IMG/VR virus record: IMGVR_UViG_3300033407_000006
Location: 1 to 64,000 of that record
Source of the DNA: a virus
Lineage: Duplodnaviria; Caudoviricetes
Length of the DNA: 64,000 nucleotides
Direction: 5' to 3' (one strand)
Shown here: positions 18,439-24,802 of the stretch, one piece after another
Layout: every line of letters begins with the position of its first letter
Numbering within the stretch: the first letter of the stretch is position 1
Position numbers and translations under genes: made by a program
The notes under the pieces: generated by a model
What the model saw: only the letters and a program-made list of their open reading frames with translations
Told to the model about the DNA's origin: nothing
Databases searched by the model: none

Positions 18439-19335
18439 TCATTGAATCATGTGATCGATCAGGGCGAGGATCTGGCGGGCGCGGGTGATATGGGCGGGGT
18501 TGTCGGGTTCGGACATGGCGTCTTCTGCGGCCCCCTGGATCAGCCGCCAGCCGTCGCGGGCGGTCAGGTTGAGGCTTCCGATAGCTTCAGGCAGTTGCTC
18601 CACTTGGCTTTCTCGCTCAGGGCTCGCCGCTGCGGCGTGAAGTCTTCCTTCTTCACGGGTTCGTCCAGGTGATAGTCCCACTCCATCTGAACTGTCTTCC
18701 CTGTCGCATCCTTCAGCGTCATTTTGCCGTAAATTTTGAGTACTTTCCTCAATCCCGCCACTTGTCGCCTCCTGTTGTGTTGGCTTTCCTTGGGGAAGAT
18801 CCCACTCCTTGACGGTTTTGCCCCCGTTCTTAACCTTGAGCGGCAACGGGCCAAGGTCAACTGCTTCCCTTTTTTGCGGCTCTATTCCGTCTTCCTCGCA
18901 GGGCAAGCAGGTCAGGCACAGGTAATCGATGACAGCTTCGTTTTGGCAGTCCGGCATAATACATTTGCCCGCTCGACCTGCTGCTTTGTTTTTTTGCATC
19001 CGCTTATAATCCCTTGTGCGAAGGCCCATGGCGTTATGTTCCCGGTCGCATCCGCGTACTTTGCAGAGCTTGGGCTCGGCTTTCGGTTTTTCCTTGACCG
19101 GCGCTGGCTGTAGAGGTTTGACGGGTTTCTTTTCCTCGATCATTTCGGGCCGGTGAGGTGTCCCGGCCTTGCATTTCGTGGCATTGCAGCCGCCGCCGGG
19201 GAGTTGTCGGGTGCGGCATTGTTGCGCCCAGAAGTTCAAAGATCCGCGCTTCCCGCCCGATTCGGGACAGTGCATGTCCGGCTCCAGTGCGGGGAGTTGG
19301 ATGTCTTGGGGCTCTCCTGTCGAGAAACTAGGCAT
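18439..19335 (-). CDS. Cys-rich hypothetical protein
   Basis: 298 aa with several CxxxxC motifs. Confidence 0.55.
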   Translation of the reverse strand: MPSFSTGEPQDIQLPALEPDMHCPESGGKRGSLNFWAQQCRTRQLPGGGCNATKCKAGTPHRPEMIEEKKPVKPLQPAPVKEKPKAEPKLCKVRGCDREHNAMGLRTRDYKRMQKNKAAGRAGKCIMPDCQNEAVIDYLCLTCLPCEEDGIEPQKREAVDLGPLPLKVKNGGKTVKEWDLPQGKPTQQEATSGGIEESTQNLRQNDAEGCDREDSSDGVGLSPGRTREEGRLHAAAASPERESQVEQLPEAIGSLNLTARDGWRLIQGAAEDAMSEPDNPAHITRARQILALIDHMIQ

Positions 19336-19450
19336 CGTGGCGCTCCATGGGCAGGCCGCAGCAGCGGAAGGCCCCGAAGGGCTTTCCGGGTGACGGGTGA
19401 TAGCGCTCTTCGCGTCCGCACTTTCGACAACGGTAAACAGGCGTTTTCAT
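19328..19450 (-). CDS. Mini Zn-binding protein (40 aa)
   Basis: MKTPVYRCRKCG...CCGLPM; overlaps next start. Confidence 0.45.
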   Translation of the reverse strand: MKTPVYRCRKCGREERYHPSPGKPFGAFRCCGLPMERHDA

Positions 19451-19470
19451 GACACGCTCCACGGTGTTCG

Positions 19471-19935
19471 TCAGAAGGGAATATCATCGTCAGGGTTGAA
19501 ATCGGGCTCGACGCCTGCGTACCCGCCCTGGGGCCCGCCATAGCCGCCTCTCTGCTCCCCGCCCGGCTGCCCGCCGCGAGGTTGGTTGCCGCCTCCCTGG
19601 CCCTCTTCGCGTCCGCCAAGCATCTGCATCTGGTCGGCCACGATCTCGGTGACGTACCGCTTGTTGCCGTCCTTGTCGTCGTAGGAGCGGGTCTGGATTT
19701 TACCCTCGATATAGACCTGCTTGCCCTTGTGCAGGTACTTGCCGCAGATCTCGGCCAACTGCCGCCATGCTACGACGTTGTGCCATTCGGTTTTCTCCTG
19801 CTGCTGGCCGTCGCGGTCCTTGAACCGCTCCGTCGTCGCCATTGAAAACGTAGCGACGGCTGTGCCGCCCGGAGTGTAGCGTAATTCGGGGTCTTTCCCG
19901 AGGTGTCCTACGAGTATCACTTTGTTGACGCTCAT
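19471..19935 (-). CDS. ssb: Single-stranded DNA-binding protein
   Basis: '[19 protein letters not shown]...TEWH...DDDIPF'. Confidence 0.97.
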   Translation of the reverse strand: MSVNKVILVGHLGKDPELRYTPGGTAVATFSMATTERFKDRDGQQQEKTEWHNVVAWRQLAEICGKYLHKGKQVYIEGKIQTRSYDDKDGNKRYVTEIVADQMQMLGGREEGQGGGNQPRGGQPGGEQRGGYGGPQGGYAGVEPDFNPDDDIPF

Positions 19936-20053
19936 GCTTCATTGCTCCTGTTCATTGAAAACTCCCCTCCCCCGCCCGTGTCCTGTGGATTCAATGGGTC
20001 AATCCCACGGGCTGGCCGGACCACCCGGCGCGAAGGGGAGGGGGTGCTATACC

Positions 20054-20356
20054 TTACTTAAATGAATCGCTTCGCCATTCGCCCCTGTTCAAGCCAGCAG
20101 CTCCGTTCGCCTTTTTGACAAAGCCAGTTGCCTCGAAACGGAAGAATCCGCCGAAACAATCACGCAGGCCAACACGGTCAACCTGAATAGTTTTGCCTTT
20201 GTGGCTGTAAACATTGACGACAACATCATCACCGATCTTTACAGGGGAATGCCGTTCGATTATCTCTTGTTTGTGGGCCAAGGCCCGCTGTTCCGCAGCA
20301 ACAACTTCAGCCTTGAGTTCTTCGAGTTTCTTGAGGTCTTCCGAAATGCTGTTCAT
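20054..20356 (-). CDS. Hypothetical protein
   Basis: 100 aa, RBS GGAGGG, preceded by conserved promoter motif. Confidence 0.7.
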   Translation of the reverse strand: MNSISEDLKKLEELKAEVVAAEQRALAHKQEIIERHSPVKIGDDVVVNVYSHKGKTIQVDRVGLRDCFGGFFRFEATGFVKKANGAAGLNRGEWRSDSFK

Positions 20357-20376
20357 TTATTCCCTCCTTTTTCACC

Positions 20377-20411
20377 ACCATAGCACCGGGAATTTATCAA
20401 CCCATTCATTA
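20377..20411 (-). promoter_or_regulatory. Conserved phage promoter motif, copy 1
   Basis: TAATGAATGGGTTGATAAATTC-N4-TG-C-TATGGT. Confidence 0.65.
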
Positions 20412-20702
20412 TTCCGACAGCGCCTTAATTCTTTCCCGCACAAACGTCAGCGGCGGCAGGATTATCTTCACGCCCGCCTCCATGGCCTCACGGGGGTCGT
20501 CCAGCCCTGCGGCAATTCGCACCGCCCAGGCCATGTCTTCGGTGCCGTAGTGGCGGTAGGCAATCAGCTCGGGGCGCAACACCTCATCGGGCTGGATTTC
20601 TCGTTCGCGCCAGCCCACGGCCCCGGCCCGGATCTCCCGGTAAAGAGTCGCCCGCTTCAGGTCGTCGGCAATGTTGTGGGGGGAGAGTCTCGACAGGGCC
20701 AT
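20409..20702 (-). CDS. Baseplate protein (P1 gp26-like)
   Basis: 'DEVLRPELIAYRHYG...WAVRIAAGLDD...LPP' resembles P1 gp26. Confidence 0.8.
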   Translation of the reverse strand: MALSRLSPHNIADDLKRATLYREIRAGAVGWREREIQPDEVLRPELIAYRHYGTEDMAWAVRIAAGLDDPREAMEAGVKIILPPLTFVRERIKALSE

Positions 20703-20704
20703 GG

Positions 20705-20908
20705 CTATTTCGCCTTTCCAGATGCGACGCGGGCACAGTAGCGGCCAAGAAGAAACAGGCACCAATAGAGAACTGTCACCGTCACAGCAAAGGGCCAAAC
20801 CATCCATTCTGAAAGAAAAAATTTCCAGACGTATGCCGCGCCCCATGCCAAAGCGACACATGCGGCAATCACCGCCATAAACCTGAAGAACGCTCCGTTT
20901 TCCGTCAC
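20705..20908 (-). CDS. Small membrane protein
   Basis: Two hydrophobic segments. Confidence 0.55.
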   Translation of the reverse strand: MTENGAFFRFMAVIAACVALAWGAAYVWKFFLSEWMVWPFAVTVTVLYWCLFLLGRYCARVASGKAK

Positions 20909-21559
20909 CTACTTGCTCCTTTCTTCTATGCCCGCAGCCAATGCGCGGGCCCGTTGTCTCTCGCCTTCTTCCAGCGCCCGCGCAAACGCGACAGCAGGGT
21001 GCAACTCTTCGTCGTCCGGCGTGTCCAGGTAGGTGCAAAACTCATCGATAAAGCGGCGGCTGACCGGCTCCTGCATCGCGGCCACGGCGCACATGAGCAC
21101 GGCGCGGAACCCGCCATTGAAGACGCTCCAGTTGACGTTGTAGACCGTGCGGCCCTTGTCGTCCTGGCGCTTCTCCACCTTCGCGCCCTCGCCGCCGATA
21201 CGGATCGCGTACTGCTGGCAGTCGGAGTGAAGGATCACGTTGTCCAGGTCCGAAAGGGCAAAGTACCAATCCAGTGCGTCATAGAAGTTGCTTTGGCCGC
21301 TGTCGCCTTCCTCTTCGAGCAGGTAGCGGGTGCCGTGGCGGGCGATATGATCAGTCCGCTCTTCGACGAGGACGGCGAACCCGGCGTCGCGCTTCTGTTT
21401 CACTTCGTCAATGAGGGGCTGCTTCCACGTCCCGAACATGCCGGTAATGGGGATCACGTCCGTCACCATGAGCTGTCCGGCGTCGTAGACGGCGTAGGCC
21501 TTGAACTTCTTCACGGACATCAGCGATACGGTCATGATTTTCAGGGTTTTTTCTGCCAC
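20909..21559 (-). CDS. Hypothetical protein
   Basis: 216 aa, phage-like codon usage. Confidence 0.75.
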   Translation of the reverse strand: MAEKTLKIMTVSLMSVKKFKAYAVYDAGQLMVTDVIPITGMFGTWKQPLIDEVKQKRDAGFAVLVEERTDHIARHGTRYLLEEEGDSGQSNFYDALDWYFALSDLDNVILHSDCQQYAIRIGGEGAKVEKRQDDKGRTVYNVNWSVFNGGFRAVLMCAVAAMQEPVSRRFIDEFCTYLDTPDDEELHPAVAFARALEEGERQRARALAAGIEERSK

Positions 21560-21595
21560 CGGAAACCTCTTTTTTGCGGGTTAAAAAGCCGTGTT

Positions 21596-21617
21596 GGCGG
21601 GCTAAACTATGTTATAA
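21596..21617 (+). other. attI-like half site at head of cassette array A
   Basis: GGCGGGCTAAACTAT-GTTATAA; 20 bp identical to 36881-36900; no R''/L'' half. Confidence 0.6.
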
Positions 21618-21818
21618 GTCGCTCGTCAATTTGAAGTTGAACGGCCTCTCCGGGGTGTAGTGCTCGCGGATTGAGCGGTCACGCTCTCGCAGTTGCTCAA
21701 CGATCCAGGCCTCTGCGAACTTTTCCAGCGTCGGGTAAAAGGTTCGCGTTTTCGTGCTGTCGTTGCCGGTCACGATATAGCCGTTATCAATGCGCTCTAT
21801 CTGTACGTCAATTTCCAT
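21612..21818 (-). CDS. Cassette A1 hypothetical protein
   Basis: 68 aa; TAA stop formed by the GTTA box. Confidence 0.75.
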   Translation of the reverse strand: MEIDVQIERIDNGYIVTGNDSTKTRTFYPTLEKFAEAWIVEQLRERDRSIREHYTPERPFNFKLTSDL

Positions 21819-21839
21819 CAGTACCTCCGTTTAGGCGAC

Positions 21840-21942
21840 TCATAACCCGTCGCTGAAGACGACGCGCAATAGCTGTCGGGTTCGCGTTCGATTCAGTGGT
21901 GCGCCGTCGTCGGCGCGGCGCGTCTTACCTTTGTCGTTATGC
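21840..21942 (+). repeat. attC site A1 (103 bp)
   Basis: TCATAAC-5-GCT(G)AAGAC...GTCTTACC-6-GTTATGC. Confidence 0.8.
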
Positions 21943-22155
21943 GCCAGCATCACCATCCATCAGTCCACAACCAATGGCGCAATCTTCACAGTGAGGGTTT
22001 CCATCACCATCCACAATAGAGTCCTCTTCGCAGTGGCCTGTCGGCTCCTCACATTTGCTGCAAAGCTGCAAAGTTCCAGGGTAGTTATCTGCGTTCCAAT
22101 GGGCGTGCTCCTCTTGCGTCATTGCATGTCTGCGTCCGCCTGGCCATGTGTTCAT
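21937..22155 (-). CDS. Cassette A2 Cys-rich small protein
   Basis: 72 aa, CSKC/CEDC; stop in the R' box. Confidence 0.7.
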   Translation of the reverse strand: MNTWPGGRRHAMTQEEHAHWNADNYPGTLQLCSKCEEPTGHCEEDSIVDGDGNPHCEDCAIGCGLMDGDAGA

Positions 22156-22178
22156 GGTGTTTCTCCTGTCCGCAAGAT

Positions 22179-22197
22179 GTTTAGCTAATTGTTATGC
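22179..22197 (+). other. Degenerate attC / simple recombination site A2
   Basis: GTTTAGC-TAATT-GTTATGC; no matching TAAC or hairpin upstream. Confidence 0.45.
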
Positions 22198-22509
22198 GTA
22201 CAAACATTCACGCCCAGCCATCTCTGCGGAAATCCAGTCTCCATCCATCGCATTTCCATTGATGGCCTTCTCCAGTTGCCGCAGCGTGTCCCGCAAGGAT
22301 TTCTCTAAATCGTTTATCCGGTCTTGCTTTATGCTCACAGTACCCTTCAGCTTCACGTTCTCGTCCCGCAGGTCTTTCAGTTCTGCGGCTATCGTGTCCA
22401 AAAAACCAACTGGATCTGCACTTGCCAACAGATTACCGCCGCTTATCATGTCGGCGAGTCTTCCAAAAGCCGCGTCAATTCTCGCCAGTTTCCCTTTCAT
22501 GCTTCCCAT
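22192..22509 (-). CDS. Cassette A3 coiled-coil hypothetical protein
   Basis: RBS GGAGG before the ATG at 22509; stop in the R' box. Confidence 0.7.
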   Translation of the reverse strand: MGSMKGKLARIDAAFGRLADMISGGNLLASADPVGFLDTIAAELKDLRDENVKLKGTVSIKQDRINDLEKSLRDTLRQLEKAINGNAMDGDWISAEMAGRECLYA

Positions 22510-22526
22510 AGTTTCCTCCAAAATTC

Positions 22527-22592
22527 GCATAACCAGCGGGTCAACTCGGATTGCGCAAACTGCCGCGCAACCGGTTACCCTTGTCGTTATAA
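22527..22592 (+). repeat. attC site A3 (66 bp)
   Basis: GCATAAC-5-GGT(C)AAC...TTGCGC/GCGCAA...GTTACC-6-GTTATAA. Confidence 0.9.
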
Positions 22593-22778
22593 ATCTTTGT
22601 GCGAAAGAGTGGCGGCACGTACGTACTCGCTTGGAGTAATTCCTGCCACCACAGCTTTGCGCTCTACCTCATCCCACTCTTCAGCCGTCCAGCGGGTTTG
22701 CTTAACAACGTCCCGCACAGGTTTGCGGCTGGTCGATCCTTGCGGCCTGCCCCCGCCTCGCCATCCTCCTTTAGGCAT
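22587..22778 (-). CDS. Cassette A4 ribbon-helix-helix DNA-binding protein
   Basis: 'GGGRPQG...TRWTAEEWDEVERKA..AGITPSEYVR'. Confidence 0.7.
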   Translation of the reverse strand: MPKGGWRGGGRPQGSTSRKPVRDVVKQTRWTAEEWDEVERKAVVAGITPSEYVRAATLSHKDL

Positions 22779-23004
22779 GGTCGCCCTCCACAAATGAGCA
22801 TGGTGCATAATCAAGAGGATCTCCACCGAGCATCCCCGGCTTTATGTTCCATCCACAGCGCCAGGGGTCAATCATACTTGCCAGCTCCGAGCGCAGTGCG
22901 TTCTTTTGCAGGACAAAGCCGGTGAATCGCTGCCGGTATCTGCACCCCGCCGCACATTCGGGCGGGGTGCCGGTATTCGTTGGGTCTGCCGGTAGTGGCC
23001 TCAT
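22771..23004 (-). CDS. Cassette A4 small Cys-containing protein
   Basis: ATG overlaps upstream stop (ATGA); coupled to RHH gene. Confidence 0.5.
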   Translation of the reverse strand: MRPLPADPTNTGTPPECAAGCRYRQRFTGFVLQKNALRSELASMIDPWRCGWNIKPGMLGGDPLDYAPCSFVEGDHA

Positions 23005-23189
23005 ACCCACCCCCCAGTTTCTGGGTCATATGCTTGGCGGCCACAAAAAACCGGATCAGGGCTGTGCGAAACGCGCACCAACGAAGCAGCACCAACAAGA
23101 CGGGCAGACTCGAAGCGCAGGTACGCGAGGCCAGCAAGCGGGGTGGAATCAGCGAGGGTGCCATTGATGTGAATTTCATAAGTTTCCAT
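23001..23189 (-). CDS. Cassette A4 small protein
   Basis: 62 aa, RBS AGGAG, behind a strong promoter. Confidence 0.65.
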   Translation of the reverse strand: METYEIHINGTLADSTPLAGLAYLRFESARLVGAASLVRVSHSPDPVFCGRQAYDPETGGWV

Positions 23190-23209
23190 GTTTGTTCTCC
23201 TATGTCGTT

Positions 23210-23249
23210 AAGTTGATTTAAATATATTTCAACTTTGTTTTCTTGTCAA
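23210..23249 (-). promoter_or_regulatory. Internal sigma70 promoter and operator of cassette A4
   Basis: TTGACA-17-TATATT; palindrome AAGTTGA-N12-TCAACTT (23210-23235). Confidence 0.75.
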
Positions 23250-23301
23250 TACAAAAAAACAACTAAACTATTAATTTGCCACGGAAGAGACGCCCAAAGA
23301 T

Positions 23302-23359
23302 TTATAACAAGTCAATCAACCGGATTCGCTACGCTCTCCGGTTATTTCAGTCGTTAGAT
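23302..23359 (+). repeat. attC site A4 (58 bp)
   Basis: TTATAAC-5-AAT(C)AACCGGA...TCCGGTTATT-6-GTTAGAT. Confidence 0.9.
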
Positions 23360-23376
23360 TCTAAATCTGCGCAAAA

Positions 23377-24171
23377 TCAGACAAAGCACATGCCGCTCGA
23401 ACAGTATCCGCCCGCATCGAATAGGGTCGGTTCTGCGGTAAAGTCCACCTGGTCCAGCGGTGTGCATGATCGGTGCAGCCAGGCGCACGGGTCGAACGCC
23501 TGCATTTCCCTCTCGAACGCCACCGCTTGAGCAAATTCGTCCGGTGCGTTCTCCTTCAGGTCTTTCCATTCGTCGTCGGCTTGGTTCGGGCACATCCAGC
23601 AACGCGACCTGGGCGGCTTCGGCCACCCCATCTTCTCGACTTCGCGGATTCCGTGGTGCCTCTTCATCGGCACATCGTGAATCATCGGAAACCGGATAAG
23701 CCCTTTTTCCCATTCCGGCCCCGCCATCATTCGCAAAGCCCGGCGCGTTTCGTCCATGCTGAATCCGATCCACATTTTCACCTTTGAGCGGGTCAAACCG
23801 AATGTCTTGCTCAAAAAACTCTGAATGACTCGGTTTTTCCATTTGCTTGAACAAAACCCCGGCATCTTGCCGACGTTCCCGGTCTCGTCTGTCCATGTTG
23901 GCAAAATCATGGTCTTCCCGCTCGGGTCAAGCCAGTTCGGATCTTTTGCATAATGACCGCCCCACTCATCGCAGCACACACGATGAATTTCTACCCCTAC
24001 CCCTGCCAGTGCAGGCAACGTAACGGCGTTAAGGTATTGCCACGTTGTCCCGCATTCCCGACCAGTGTCGGCAATCACCGCAAGATCCGGCTTCGGCAGC
24101 TTTCCTTGAATTATCAGCGAAGCGATACAGTTGCTTTGCGTCCCGCCTCCGCTGCTAAAAACCTCAACCAT
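23377..24171 (-). CDS. Cassette A5 PAPS-reductase-like (adenine nucleotide alpha hydrolase) protein
   Basis: 'FSSGGGTQS...ADTGRE...PRSRCWMCPNQ'. Confidence 0.8.
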   Translation of the reverse strand: MVEVFSSGGGTQSNCIASLIIQGKLPKPDLAVIADTGRECGTTWQYLNAVTLPALAGVGVEIHRVCCDEWGGHYAKDPNWLDPSGKTMILPTWTDETGNVGKMPGFCSSKWKNRVIQSFLSKTFGLTRSKVKMWIGFSMDETRRALRMMAGPEWEKGLIRFPMIHDVPMKRHHGIREVEKMGWPKPPRSRCWMCPNQADDEWKDLKENAPDEFAQAVAFEREMQAFDPCAWLHRSCTPLDQVDFTAEPTLFDAGGYCSSGMCFV

Positions 24172-24210
24172 TTAACCCCCTATCGGGCTGCGCCCGAGCG
24201 CAGATTTAGA

Positions 24211-24268
24211 ACCTAACCCAGCGGTGAAGCGGATTCGCTCCGCTCTCCGCTTACCTCAATCGTTACCT
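24211..24268 (+). repeat. attC site A5 (58 bp, last of array A)
   Basis: ACCTAAC-5-GGT(G)AAGCGGA...TCCGCTTACC-6-GTTACCT. Confidence 0.9.
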
Positions 24269-24287
24269 TGCAAGTTCTACATTTCAT
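24213..24287 (-). CDS. 24-aa mini-ORF reading through attC A5
   Basis: GGAGG-5-ATG; MKCRTCKVTIEVSGERSESASPLG*. Confidence 0.35.
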   Translation of the reverse strand: MKCRTCKVTIEVSGERSESASPLG

Positions 24288-24433
24288 AGTTGCCTCCAAC
24301 GCCTCAGACCCCGGCGCACAGGGCTGCCGCCAGGGTCGCCGCTGTCCACCTCAATGGCGATCTGGTCGTAGCTGGGCCGTATCCCCGCCGCCGCCTCGCC
24401 TGGGCTGTCAATTTCAAAGATGATTTTCTTCAT
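24284..24433 (-). CDS. Short hypothetical protein, possibly truncated
   Basis: 49 aa; RBS present; stop overlaps mini-ORF ATG. Confidence 0.4.
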   Translation of the reverse strand: MKKIIFEIDSPGEAAAGIRPSYDQIAIEVDSGDPGGSPVRRGLRRWRQL

Positions 24434-24743
24434 AGACCTCTCCCTCGTTCAGCTCTTTTGCCATGCCGAGCGGCCACCAGCGGGATATACAGCCGGGGCT
24501 CCGCATTGAAATGACCATCTCGGACGCTTCGAGCTTATTTAGAAGCCTGCGCGTGTTCTCAATGCTTTTCCCGGCAACTTCGGCGATGCTGACGGTCAAC
24601 GGCCCAATATCAACGGCCACGGCGTCGCCTTTTGAAACGTAGTAGTTCATGCAAAAACTGCTTTTAGCCACATGAGTCCGGCAGCAGGCTTTGAGCGCTT
24701 CGAGAACTTTTTCTGCTTCGGCGGAAATGACTCTGTTTTTCAT
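24414..24743 (-). CDS. Winged-helix-like hypothetical protein
   Basis: 'SIAEVAGKSIENTRRLLNKLEASEMV'. Confidence 0.6.
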   Translation of the reverse strand: MKNRVISAEAEKVLEALKACCRTHVAKSSFCMNYYVSKGDAVAVDIGPLTVSIAEVAGKSIENTRRLLNKLEASEMVISMRSPGCISRWWPLGMAKELNEGEVYEENHL

Positions 24744-24766
24744 GGCTCCCTCCCTTCTATGCCTTC

Positions 24767-24801
24767 AGTATCGCAAAAGGAATTTATCAACCCATTCACT
24801 A
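24767..24801 (-). promoter_or_regulatory. Conserved phage promoter motif, copy 2 (upstream of array A)
   Basis: TAGTGAATGGGTTGATAAATTC-N4-TG-C-GATACT. Confidence 0.65.
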
Positions 24802-24802
24802 T

